DNA from: Octopus sinensis
Lineage: Eukaryota
Assembly (NCBI RefSeq): GCF_006345805.1
Contig: NC_042998.1
Span: 106,764,001-106,828,000, forward strand
Direction of reading: 5' to 3'
Length of the DNA stretch: 64,000 nucleotides
Positions 29,889 through 42,680 of the stretch are shown here, one piece after another (within the stretch, counting starts at the first letter, position 1; the number at the start of each line of letters is the position of its first letter). Made by a program: the position numbers and the translations under genes. The notes beneath the pieces were generated by a model, which saw only the letters and a list, made by a program, of their open reading frames with translations, had not been told where the DNA came from and made no database searches.

Positions 29889-30339
29889 ACCACCGTACCT
29901 GGCGGTGTGTTTTTGAAGTGTTGTTAGTTTATTGCTAATTTACTTGTTTTAAAAGGTTCTATACTGTATTTTGTTGGTTAAATCGTTTTGCAAGTCAGCT
30001 ACCATTCTGGGTGGGGACTGATGTTTGTTAGCCAAAGGTCCATTTTGGGGGTGATACAAACATTTTTGCTTTCAAATTTCTTCGAAAATTTGCTTCGAAG
30101 AAAGTAAACACTGAAGATGAGGACGAAAAGCGGGAGGGAAGAAGGAAAGTGGTACGGCAATTTGGATGAGGACTACCCCGTCCTCCCCACCATCAGTGGC
30201 AGTAGATAACATGAAGAAGAAGAAGAAGAAGAGTCAAGAAAAGAAGAAAGATGAAAAGCAGAAAGAAGGCGAGAAGAAGGAAGAAGTAAAAGTCTTCCTC
30301 ACTACATGGAAATTGTAGTAGCACAAAGAACAACATCGA

Positions 30340-31250
30340 CAACAATTATGAAGAGTCTAACAAAAATGGAGTTAGCAGTGGGAAAGAAACTTTTGCAAAT
30401 ATCACGGTAGCTAAAAAATTGGTTAACGTCTCATTGGAGAACAAAATAGAAAAAACTAAACAAGAGAGCAAAATATATGAAAATGAATGGAAGGAGGGCA
30501 GAACTGACGCATCTAAGCAACGTGCTTGAAGCAACAGCCAAACGGACCAAGTGGGAAAAGCCTTGAAAGACATATGGTAGGATATGCACCACATTGCAAG
30601 AGTAAGGTAGTACGGTGGAGTAGGAGTCCTTTGTAAGACCGAGGTTAGGCGATACCGAGCTCAGTGAACACGCATTGAACCGAGAAAATCGCACTCTTCC
30701 CAACGTACATGGGAAAAAGGACAGTACGAATTACGGTACCTGTAGTCCTACCAGGCCTGTAGTTATGATGGATTCTCACCTGTATTTGTATGGACGGGGG
30801 AAAGAATCTTTTGGATGTTAAAAGAGCGAGGAGATAGAATTGGGTTGGGACTACCTTGGAGGTTCTTCTCCACGTCAAGCCAGAGCAGTTAGAGAAAGTC
30901 CCAGACTTGATTTCCCTCTCAAATGAAGTAGAACTAAGGAGGGAGGAGTGGAGGGCAGAAAGCCGAGGTGCCACGATTGTGGTTCAACGGGCCACTTAAG
31001 GTTTTTCTGCCCACAGAACCAGAACAGAAGGGCAAAAAGAAATGTCCAGACGAAAGCACCATAACCCATGAGTCGACAAAAACAACAAGAGCAACAACAA
31101 CAACAATAACAGAGAAGCAGGGATATAGAAACAGAAATTGAACCCAAGAAGACAAAACAGGCAAATGTTACAGTGAAGGTGACACTGGGGGTAGCACCAG
31201 CAGCAGTAGCGGAAGCTACACTAGCAGGAGTAACAACAACAACAACTACT
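30340..31250 (+). mobile_element. Second, more decayed gag/ORF1-like zinc-knuckle element
   Basis: EKIALFPTYMGKRTVRITV...EGRKPRCHDCGSTGHLRFFC (knuckle at 30969-31010), homologous to 23591-24646; several stops and frameshifts. Confidence 0.7.
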
Positions 31251-31530
31251 AATTAATATTATCTTCTTTCCCCACAGACTAATAATAGGTAAGGTATATA
31301 TATATATATTTTAAATATGTTTAAATAATTTATAATTAATTCTAATGTACTTTATTCTTATTGTATGTTATAGTAGGCTTTAAAATGCTTATATTATTAG
31401 ATTAGTATTTTGGATATAATTTTCTCTGTGTACTTATTTATAGACTGCCATATTAGTATGGCGATAACTATTAATATCCAGTAACGCTGCCGTAATCTCC
31501 TTTAGAGAGACTTAGTAATTTTAATATTTC

Positions 31531-31574
<44 letters not shown>

Positions 31575-31737
31575 AGATAGGGGTTGTAAATTCAACCCTC
31601 CATGGGATACCATATATCCAATATACTGCTAGAGAGGTACCCAACAAAACTAATACATAAATGTTAAAAATTGCGGTGCAATTAATTCATCCACTGTATT
31701 ATGTGGGCAAGGGTAAAATTATTACCGTAAATTAATA

Positions 31738-32334
31738 ATACAAAATGAGAAAATGAAGAAACATACCTAAATCAATCATCAACCATCAGATAATACCCAA
31801 TCAATACTTTATTAAACCATTACACAACAGCAATGACATTATACATAATATATTACAAATATAACTAGACATAGAAATAGAAATAGAGAATACAATTACA
31901 TCGTAGCTGACAGTTGTTTCGGCCGTGAAGACAGGTATGTCCCATTTAACCTATTAGCCATATAAAGCAGGTATAAATGAGACATTAACAAGAATGTCTC
32001 ACGGCCTCTTCAGAGAATTTAATGTAAGTATGAAAAAAATTTTACATATAAATATAAAAATAAAAAAATATAAAAATGTGTGCATAGACACTCATAATTC
32101 TACACATATATATACACGGCTAATAAGTTAAATGGGACATACCTGTCTTCACGGCCGAAACAGCTGTCAGCTACGATGTAATTGTATTTTCTATTTCTAT
32201 TTCTATGTCTAGTTATATTTGTAATATATTATGTATAATGTCATTGCTGTTGTGTAATGGTTTAATAAAGTATTGATTGGGTATTATCTGATGGTTGATG
32301 ATTGATTTAGGTATGTTTCTCCATTTTCTCATTT

Positions 32335-32339
<5 letters not shown>
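31738..32339. mobile_element. PLE-type tail as a ~222-bp inverted repeat
   Basis: 31738-31959 is the near-identical reverse complement of 32118-32339; carries hammerhead parts; ends in (TA)n. Confidence 0.75.
31904..32018 (-). ncRNA. Type I hammerhead ribozyme motif, long stem II, weak stem I
   Basis: Minus strand: CUGAAGA, stem II ggccgtga/tcacggcc, GAAAC-aact-GUC. Only 2 bp of stem I remain. Confidence 0.55.
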
Positions 32340-32390
<51 letters not shown>

Positions 32391-32467
32391 GTATGTATGT
32401 ATGTATGTATGTATATATATATATAATATATATATATATATATAATGTATGTATGTATGTATGTATG

Positions 32468-32544
<77 letters not shown>

Positions 32545-32643
32545 GTATGTGTGTGCGTGTGTGTGTGTGTGTGTGTTAAGTAAAATGAGACAACAAAGCC
32601 AAGGCAGTGTGAAATTTCTAGGACATTTATAAAGAGAAAGGTA

Positions 32644-32691
32644 GTCTTACAGCTGTTTCAGGGATATAAAAGATATCCCATCATCAGAGAC
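32644..32691 (-). ncRNA. Type I hammerhead ribozyme motif
   Basis: Minus strand: gtct-CUGAUGA-t-gggatat/atatccc-t-GAAAC-agct-GUA-agac; 4-bp stem I, palindromic loop III. Confidence 0.6.
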
Positions 32692-33633
32692 GATATGAGA
32701 GAGTTAAATAAAAGGAAATAGAGTTCAACATAAGAAGTTACTTTGGAAAGGGATAGATATAGGAAGTATAAAGGGAAATATGAAAATAAAAATATTTGTT
32801 GGATGTTACAGTTGCAGCTCCATTATCCAAGGAATGCGCTGTGTAGAATGAGTAAAGAGGCTTCTTGTCCATGGTATGTAAATTCCGATAGGAGTTCATC
32901 TTTTGTTATTACAAATGCATAGTCTGCAGATATTAATTCCAGGTGCTGTTCATTCAAATGGATCTTGTAGTGTAAATGAAATTTTGAGATTATACTGGTA
33001 GGGGGAAGTAGACAGAGTGAAGAGAATAGATGCGTATGTTAGAAAGAAGAAAAATGGTACTGGTCAAAAGGAATGGGAGAGGAAAGAAGAGAAAGAAAGA
33101 GGAAGAGAAAATGAAAAAAGGAGTGCTAAATGGTGGTCAGTAGATAAAAGGAATAGGAGGAGAGATAAGAATGTAAGGAAGGAATATGTGCGAGAAGTGG
33201 GAGGTGGGGTGATATGTTTGAAAGGTACTAAGGTGGAGAGATAGACAAAGAATGTGGTACGGAGCGGGTGTAATATATGTGAGTAGTAAACCTCAAAAAC
33301 GAAGCAAAGAATAAGATAATGGTCAAGTTTCTAAGAATAGACGTAGGCATTTATATGAAGTCAGAGACTGTACTAGCTAAAGTGATGGTAGGGAGTGATA
33401 AATCAGGGAGAGAAAGAAAAATGTGTATATAGATATATGCACACGCGCTGACATATACATATAAATGTGTATATATACTATTATATAGGCCCGCATACTC
33501 GCACATATACACATACATATGTACTTATACACATACGCATATATATATATCCACCCTTAGTGGTTAGCCACATTTAAGTGGCAAATATACTTCACATTGT
33601 CGTGCAGCAACTGTTTATACCGCGTTCAGATAT

Positions 33634-33667
<34 letters not shown>

Positions 33668-33741
33668 ATATATGTAGGTCCCGGGTTGAGTCGGGGTTAA
33701 CCACAGTAAATAAGGTACTCAATACATAGCAGAGTAAAGTA

Positions 33742-33866
33742 ATTTATTTTATAGAAGGAGCTTCTACAGGACTAGAACTGTTTCATTCAGATGAAATCTT
33801 CAGGAAGCTCCTGAAGATTTCATCTGAATGAAACAGTTCTAGTCCTGTAGAAGCTCCTCCTATAAA

Positions 33867-33872
<6 letters not shown>
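33742..33872. repeat. 131-bp palindrome (63-bp arms, 5-nt spacer, one mismatch)
   Basis: 33742-33804 versus 33810-33872, compared base by base. Confidence 0.95.
33757..33811 (-). ncRNA. Type I hammerhead ribozyme motif
   Basis: Minus strand: ggagcttc-CUGAAGA-t-ttcatctgaa-t-GAAAC-agttctagtcct-GUA-gaagctcc; 8-bp stem I, short stem II. Confidence 0.6.
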
Positions 33873-33937
<65 letters not shown>

Positions 33938-34091
33938 AAATATATGAGATCCTTGGTACAGTTAGGTATATTAGAAAAAAGAAAACGAATGACTTCACTG
34001 GTAGTTCTAATCACTTTAATTTATTTATTTATTTATTTTTTTCCATAGTGTAAGTTAGTTCATAGATCTAGTAAAAAACGAAAGGATCCCG

Positions 34092-34930
34092 TTATTTGTT
34101 GGAGAGAGGGGCGTTGAAATATAATTTTTTGTGTTCAGTAATGTTTTGTACCACCTTCTTTATATTTCCGAAAATGTTCGTTGTCCGACCATAACTTAAA
34201 GAAGGGGAAGATTGTGAATTTTCCCTTTCTATATGATAAGTGTCTGCTACAAGTGGTGTTTCTGACAGAGGAGTCTTTAATTTGTTATTTATGAATACGA
34301 ACTCTATCATGTGGTTCCGTTCCGGTTTCACCAAAATAGTACTCTTTACATTGTGGGCAATTTGCACAGTAAATTAAGTTTTTCGTTTTGCAATTCATGT
34401 TTTCATTGACTTGGAAAATCTCACTGTTTTTAAAGGAGATTTGTCCACCCTCTTCAATGTATTCACAGGTTCCACATCGAGGGTCTCCGCATTTTTTAAA
34501 ACTTGTCTTATTTCAATGTTAGATGTAAATTTCGCCTTGGTGAGTAGTTTTTTAAAGTTTGGTGTTTTGCGTCTGCTATATATTATTGGTGAATTTTTTT
34601 ATGAATTCATTCATTTTGGAGGATTGCTGGAGAATTGGGAAATATTGTTTGGCGGCTTTCACAATGTTGAAGTACCTTGGATTGTGAGTGACGACAGAAG
34701 GGATAACTGTTTTGCCCTTTTTATTTTTTTGGTTCGTTTTTCTCAGTGTTGTCCCTGGAATATTCTTGGCTTCGGTGATGGCTGTATTGATAAGGGTTAT
34801 CGGATATTCTTGTCTTCTCATCGACAGTCTTTCCTTTCTGTAAGTTATGGTCGGACAACGAACATTTCCAGAAATATAAGGAAAAATTCTTCATCAGGAG
34901 GTAAAAACCATTACTGAACACAAAAAAAAT
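34092..34930 (-). mobile_element. PLE fragment (RT C-terminus and endonuclease) with inverted 5' duplication
   Basis: ORF 34576-34821 (RRQEYPITLINTAITEAKNIP...VIPSVVTHNP) resembles the PLE RT thumb region; 34830-34925 is an inverted copy of about 34115-34215. Confidence 0.7.
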
Positions 34931-35060
34931 TATATTCCCCCCACCCACACACACACAAAAAGTATACAAATAAATATCTGTAAATATAAAACCATCCGAA
35001 TTTCTGAGTATCTCATTTCTCCTAATATAAAATACCTGTACATCATCTCTAAACCTTCTA

Positions 35061-35101
<41 letters not shown>

Positions 35102-35203
35102 AGAACAACATCGATGTCTTCGTCTGCCGTACGGCATTATTTTTCTCACACGCCAGCTAATTTAAATTGTCTAAAGTCGAAAGACGCCTGTTGTCTTTGT
35201 CCA

Positions 35204-35268
<65 letters not shown>

Positions 35269-35639
35269 GTTTTTTTTTGTTTTTTGTATTTATATTCGTA
35301 TTAATTTTTGTCTTTTGTATTTATTTTCGTGTAACATCGTCCGTTTTTCTGTCCTTGTTTCGTATACATTCGATTCTTTTTCCAAGAAATCTAATGCTCG
35401 TAGCTTAGTTTTTCTTTGGGGATGGCCAGATCGGAGCAATCTCAAGATTAATCAGCCGAAATTGCGAGGATGATCCGGTTCTTGACTGAAGATTAGAGGC
35501 TTCGAATGACCCGTCCGTTTTCGTATCGTTTATTTGAATGTTTTGCGTTCTTGTCCCATTTTATATATTTTATATATATATATATATATATGTTATTATA
35601 CAATTAAAAAGTTAGAAATTAAAAATTAAAAAATTAAGA

Positions 35640-36070
35640 AATTGGAAAGTCAAATATGGTTGTTGGAGATTACCTAAGGTATATTTCGTATATGAACTGT
35701 GTGGTGCTTTAGGTTGCATTGGAATCTGTGGTAAAATTTGAAGGTGGATGCATGTATCTAGGGCCTCATTATACTTAGTAGTATTGAAGAGTTATGTTTT
35801 AATATGTGGAATGACTGCTTTAGGCATAGCTTACAGGCTGAGCGTTGACTCTGTTATGGAAACCCTGAATCTGCTATGGATCATGATAAGTTATATGGGA
35901 TATCCATATTTTTAAAATGAAGTATGTGACTGGCAAGGGTTGTGGATTTACCGTGTTTCTCATATTTAAAAGAATTGAGATATGTAGCGTATCTATGTTT
36001 AAGATTTATAGCTGACCTTATATATATATGGTTATAGAATTGTGTAGTGTGTTGGTGAAGGTGCATTTGT
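35640..36070 (-). mobile_element. PLE GIY-YIG endonuclease relic
   Basis: HIYIRSAINLKHRYATYLNSFKYEKHGKSTTLASHILHFK parallels YIGSS...RISNHYSTF...STGLSKLIW in ORF 52847-53266. Confidence 0.65.
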
Positions 36071-37129
36071 AAATTACGTTAGACCTTCTGCAATGGGTTT
36101 GAGTAGGGCAAATGATCCCAGGGCGGCAGTTACATATGGTAGTGTATTGTTGGGATTACTCTCAGGAATGGAGGAAGTAATGCTGTTTAGGGAAAGGTTA
36201 GAGATGGGGTTAGATTGGTCTATGTTATTATTATTTCTATCGTTGTTATTATTTATCCTATCTGTATTTGTGGTGGAGATCAGGGTACTAGTACTCTGGT
36301 TAGTGTTAGTAGGATTGGTTGGATTTTTGTTATGGTCGAAAGTATTGGGTTCGATGTTGGAGCTATATATGTGTTGGGCGCTCGTGTATTCAGAGTTGTT
36401 TCGGTACATATTTTGATAATAAAAAATATTCGTCTATTAGAGGCAGTTACGATCGATTTAGAATTAAAAGTTTTACTGTCAAGGGAAGTAACTCCTTATA
36501 TGTTTTCTTTTTGTTATGCTCTCCCTTGCTTCGAATCTCGATCCAGCTGTCGAAATCTTTAGTCTCTGACGGAGATAGATATATTTGTATTTAGGTAGCC
36601 AAGCAAAATTTTATTTTACCTACGTGTTGGAACTTGTCATTATTTTGTTACTTTTATGGCTGTGACACATGCTATGTATGTCTGTATGTTTTATATATGT
36701 ATGTATGTATGCGTGAATGCGCGCGCGCGTTTGTAAAGAAAATGGGAAAGAGTAAATATTGTAAGGTGGAATGAAGTGAACGGTAAGTTTTGTTGGGTGA
36801 CAGTGAGAGTGAAAGGAAAGAGCTAGATATGATAAGCTGATATGAATACAACAAAGTAAACATACATACATACATGCATACATACACACATACACACACA
36901 CACGGACACACGCACACGCAAACACACACATACATACATACATACATACATACATACATACATACATACATACATACATACATACATACATACATACATA
37001 CATACGCACGCACATACATAATACAGACAGACAGATAATGAGGTTGATGTGTTCCGGTGCTTTTCAATCCAACGGAAAGGGGCAAAAAAAAAAAGGCGAC
37101 AGGATATAATGTTCCGACAGCTTGCAACT

Positions 37130-37660
37130 GATGCGAATAATTTATTCAATTTTTAGACAATTCTTAGTTGGAAACAATATTTCCATAAGTCATGGATGCT
37201 GTGCTGTGCTTTGATTTTTTATAGGCATGTCTACGAGTAGCAGAAATGTTGAATTCAAAAAAGTGGTCGAAGTTGTTGCTGGAAAGATGGTGGTCAGTTT
37301 GTGGGATTCATTTACTAATGGAGAAAAAAAGTGGGAGGAGACAATGCAGTGGAAGACGGAGGAAGAGGGGTGATGGACCGCATACCCTAGACCTAAAGCT
37401 TTAACGTGTCGATGCCCAGAGAAGCAAAACGTTCAAGGTATGGTCAGTGACGGAGAGCATTTGTCTGTATGCACAACTCCAGACAGCTTCCGGGTGATCA
37501 ACATTCGGGACAAGATAATTGTTCCAAACTGTAGATGAAAATTGTGTGGTCATATCATAGCCATATATAGCTTTAGATCGATAGTTGATGAGCAGTTGAC
37601 AAGGGTCTTCCTATTTTAATATGCTATTTTAGAATAACATTTGAGAAACCTCTTAACACA
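37130..37660 (-). mobile_element. CR1-type LINE 3' relic
   Basis: Minus-strand pieces ERFASLGIDTLKL and FFEFNISATRRHAYKKSK match CR1 ORF2 C-terminal motifs. Confidence 0.6.
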
Positions 37661-37989
37661 CAGACACATATTTAGCGGCGTGAATGTAATGCCAGAGTAG
37701 TCTCCCTTGATCCATTGACGTTATAACTGCTGATTTTGTCTCTATGGTGATGAAAAGCATGTCAACATAAAGAAATCTTTTCACGACCCGCTTTTTTTTT
37801 AATCTCTTTTCTTTTTTGAATTAAATAGACCAACACAGCAGTGAACCGTAAGACTAAAATAATGGAAAATATAACAATTAGAATATTTGAATTTATTGGA
37901 TGTTCCTGATTTCTCAGGTGTGATCGATGTCAATGAGTCCTTTTCGCGTGATTCTGATTTGAAGTGCAGCTGTGTTTGTCTGTCTGCTT

Positions 37990-38074
<85 letters not shown>

Positions 38075-38809
38075 AACACACACACACGCGCACACACACG
38101 CACGCACGCCCTCACACACGCACACACGCACACACACACACACGTACATATGTCTGTCTGTCTGTATGCATGTAAGTATGTATACACAAGCGTATTGTAA
38201 TACAACCCAATAAATAATACAAATAATTGAGGAAGTGAGATAAATTTTATGCTATCTATTAGGATATAATAATACTTCAGGAGTATAATAACACTTACAG
38301 ATAAACACACCCAGGAATACATGCAGCAATCACCATATTCAGTTTATAAAATGCAGCTCCTTAAACATTTGTCGCTATACTGATTGTCATTGCATGCAAA
38401 CAAACGCTAAATTCATACGAAGAACAAAATCGACTACAGCAACAACAACAATCACAATCACAACTACAACAACAACCAAGCCAAATAGTATCAGCAGAAA
38501 GAAGAAGAACAGCGATAATAAGAGCAGTAATTTAATAAGAATAGTGGAAGAAAGTTGAAAGGACAAACAAATGCAAATGTTGCAATAACGATTAACAATG
38601 ATATAATGTAAAAGAAATCAAGTATCAACAGCTACTTCCACAAACAACAAACCTTTTGCTGGAATCGAAACAACAAACCTTTTGCTGGAATCGAAACAAC
38701 AAAATTGAACGATAACGTTCAGCTGTTAGGAATGTTACATATAATCGAAAACCCAAAAGTAACAGGTTTGTAATATGCATTGCTGCTAATTCTCATATAT
38801 GTGAGTAAA

Positions 38810-38885
<76 letters not shown>

Positions 38886-38959
38886 GCTTTCTCTCTCTTT
38901 CTTCCCCCCTCTCTCTCTCTGTTATATATATATATATATTTATTTTATTTTATTTATTA

Positions 38960-39161
38960 TTCTTAAACAAGAATGTTGTTGATAATGACCTTCGAAATTT
39001 CGGCTAGCTGAGCCATCGACAAACTGCGGTGCATTAGAGTTAGTCTTGCCTTTATTATACATTCAGTTGAGGTGAGACTAACTCTTAATGCATCGCAGTC
39101 CGACGATGGCTTAGCTAGCCGAAATTTCGAAGTTATTGTCAACAGCATTCTTGTTTAAGAA
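38960..39161. repeat. Imperfect fold-back element, ~90-bp arms and ~20-nt loop
   Basis: ttcttaaacaagaatg...gagttagtc versus gactaactc...cattcttgtttaagaa. Confidence 0.9.
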
Positions 39162-39288
39162 AAATCAATTTGTACTCTACAGAATCATTGAGTAATCCTT
39201 CAGATTTATGTAAAATTGTTTTAATTATAACTAAACATAAAAGTAAATATTAATATACATACATACATAACATACATACATACATACA

Positions 39289-39382
<94 letters not shown>

Positions 39383-39490
39383 ACAATTTAAATATAGGAT
39401 AAAATCTTTATAAGATTTATCAAGTAGTTAGCGTAAAAAACCTCATAAGAGAAAAATCCACCAATTTTTCTCTTAAATATATTTATTTAT

Positions 39491-39619
39491 ATTATATAGA
39501 GGGCATTACTATAGATAATGCCACACGCTAGGAGGGACTCTATTATTTATTTATTTATTTTAGTAGTTTTAACTTTGAGTCCCTCCTAGCGTGTAGCATT
39601 TATGTATAGTAATGCCCTC

Positions 39620-39628
<9 letters not shown>
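39491..39628. repeat. Fold-back with ~50-bp arms and 36-nt spacer
   Basis: atagagggcattactata...cacgctaggagggactc versus gagtccctcctagcgtg...tatagtaatgccctctat; ends in (TA)n. Confidence 0.85.
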
Positions 39629-39691
<63 letters not shown>

Positions 39692-39945
39692 TGATTGATT
39701 CATGTTCACAAATGATTACCGTCTCACAGCTTCCTCGTTGTCAGTAGCATTTCTGACTTTCCGTCCATGACATCTCAGATGACTTACTCAGTCCCGCTGC
39801 AGACCTTGCATGGTTTGAAACATTGGTGACTGATGTAAGTTTGTCGCTTCCATTAGATCGATCGATTCACTTTGTGAGATATGATCCCCGCGAACCGCCA
39901 TATGTTTCTTCAGACCCGAAATTAAATTGCAAGCTCTTTCGCACA

Positions 39946-40033
<88 letters not shown>

Positions 40034-40384
40034 TAGCAAAGATGGATTGTAATTTACATGGCGTTTTCATTCTGCCTGGTCAGAACCCTATTGTTGATAT
40101 ATAGTAAATACCAGTAATATACTATTTTTGATTCAATCGATTTCTCCCTTATCTTGTAATACTTTGGCCTTTGTATATGAAACCCCTTCCCATGATACGC
40201 TTACACACATACACATAGTCTCCATTTCTCTCATTCTCTCCTCCTTTCCCCCCTCTCTTTGTCTATGTCTTCCTCACAAATATATGTTGATATGAAACAA
40301 TGTTCTTATGAGTAAATCTACCGGAACTCCTTATCTTTAAGTTTGTATATACGCGCGCAGAAGTATGCTCATATATTGTACATA

Positions 40385-41002
40385 TACGCATACATACATA
40401 CATACATACATACATACATACATACATACATACATACATACATACATACATACATGCATACATGCATACATACACACGCACACACTCATATACATACATA
40501 TTCATACACATACACACACATGCGTATGTATATACTTATTGCTATGATTATTCTGCATGGCTAGTACGAAGAAGTGATAACTACTTTCTCAGTCATTAAA
40601 GTTCCTACGCTGAGTATTTCACAATTAAATGCCCAAAGAGTGTTCTTCCTCTCTAGTTGCAAAAAATACTTCAGCAGGAATCAGCTGCTCACTGTTAACA
40701 AAACCCATGTCCGACCTACGTAGGACTAATGCTTACACCTCTGGTACACAGCCGACCATGACACATGCAAGCAAACATCCTGGACCAGTGCTTTCCAATC
40801 TTTTCTATGCCCCACCCCCCAGAAATGTTCAATTCACTTTTGTACTCTCTACAGGAGTGGTTGTATGATAAAAAGTTTGCTTCGCAACCACATGGTTCCG
40901 GGTTCAATCCCACTGCATGGCACCTTGGGCAAGTGCCTTCCAAAACATTGTGACTGGATTTGGTTGACGGAAACTGAAGGAAGCCAGTCGTACATACATA
41001 CA

Positions 41003-41034
<32 letters not shown>

Positions 41035-41596
41035 CATACATACATACATACATACATACATGCATACATGCATACATACACACGCACACACTCATATACA
41101 TACATATTCATACACATACACACACATGCGTATGTATATACTTATTGCTATGATTATTCTGCATGGCTAGTACGAAGAAGTGATAACTACTTTCTCAGTC
41201 ATTAAAGTTCCTACGCTGAGTATTTCACAATTAAATGCCCAAAGAGTGTTCTTCCTCTCTAGTTGCAAAAAATACTTCAGCAGGAATCAGCTGCTCACTG
41301 TTAACAAAACCCATGTCCGACCTACGTAGGACTAATGCTTACACCTCTGGTACACAGCCGACCATGACACATGCAAGCAAACATCCTGGACCAGTGCTTT
41401 CCAATCTTTTCTATGCCCCACCCCCCAGAAATGTTCAATTCACTTTTGTACTCTCTACAGGAGTGGTTGTATGATAAAAAGTTTGCTTCGCAACCACATG
41501 GTTCCGGGTTCAATCCCACTGCATGGCACCTTGGGCAAGTGCCTTCCAAAACATTGTGACTGGATTTGGTTGACGGAAACTGAAGGAAGCCAGTCG
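40385..41596. repeat. Tandem duplication, period 606 bp
   Basis: Unique parts 40455-40990 and 41061-41596 appear identical; bounded by (ATAC)n; each copy ends in a tRNA-like SINE head. Confidence 0.95.
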
Positions 41597-41632
41597 TACA
41601 TACATACATACATACATACATACATACATACA

Positions 41633-41667
<35 letters not shown>

Positions 41668-42088
41668 TATATGTGTGTGTGTGTGTGTATATATGTGTGT
41701 GTATACATACATACATACATACATACATACATACATACATGCACACATGCATACATACATACATACATACATACATACATACATACATACATACATACAT
41801 ACATACATACACGCGCGCGTGTGAGTGCGAATGTGTCTATATTTGTGTTTGACCGTTCCCACCATTTGACAATGGTGTGTTTATTTCTGTAGCTTAGCAA
41901 TTCGGCAAAAGAGACCTATTGAATAAGTAGTAGGCTTTAAAGAAATATGTACTGAGATCGATTCATTCGGCTAAAATTCTTCAAAGTGGTGTCCAAGCAT
42001 GGTCACAGACTAATAACTGAAACAAGTAAAAGACAAGGCTTGAAACATTGTGTTTGTAGGTGAAAATGTCAATTTTCAAACAACTAAT

Positions 42089-42139
<51 letters not shown>

Positions 42140-42240
42140 TTTGTTTATTTTAATCAAACCACATCTAATACTCTAGATGACTCAAAGTTAACTACAAAAT
42201 GACTCAGTAGACAAAATGTAAATTAAGCGATTATATAAAA

Positions 42241-42680
42241 CTAGCAGCACAGTCCGGCGTTGCCCGGGTATGTAAGAGCCCCTAGTAGGCAACGACTAAT
42301 CCCAATCTAGTCCTTTCCTTCTAGGGAACGAAGGCGCATGTGTAGGTTGCAATGTCTTCTCTTCACTCGAATACTTCTGTGTATACGATGTTCCTAGCTG
42401 TCCCTTTGGGCGATAAAAAGGTCGAGTTGTGTCCCCTAGACAGAAAATGTGTTGCATATAAAAAGCTTAGATTCTCGACCCCATGTCGAATTTATCGATT
42501 TTTTTCAGAACTGGGGGAACTTTTCAAAATTTTCACTGCGTTAGTTTTGAATTATGACATTGGGCTATGTGTGTGTCAAGTTTCATCAGAATCGGTTGAA
42601 AGCCGTGGTCAGGGTGAGGGTACAACCTGACAGACACACAGATACACAGACAGACAAACTGCCGTTTATATAGAGAGAGA
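42241..42680 (-). mobile_element. Non-autonomous Helitron, 440 bp
   Basis: Minus strand A|TC start at 42680 and CTAG|T end at 42241, with subterminal cccgggcaacgccgg hairpin; inserted in AT with no TSD. Confidence 0.75.

Noticed and set aside
35415-35470. Degenerate hammerhead-like segment, and a similar one at 39088-39130
   Set aside because: The CUGANGA core is mutated and there is no NUH triplet after stem III.
37225-37437. Plus-strand phase 1-1 exon-like segment with one in-frame TGA, tempting as a selenocysteine or A-to-I stop-recoding case
   Set aside because: The minus strand carries CR1 LINE C-terminal motifs across the same bases, which explains the sequence.
38642-38703. Short local tandem duplications (26 bp here, 35 bp at 3646-3715, 24 bp near 61990-62038)
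   Set aside because: These are ordinary slippage duplications with no further structure.
42352-42630. 92-aa plus-strand ORF
   Set aside because: It lies wholly within the non-autonomous Helitron and has no recognisable motif.
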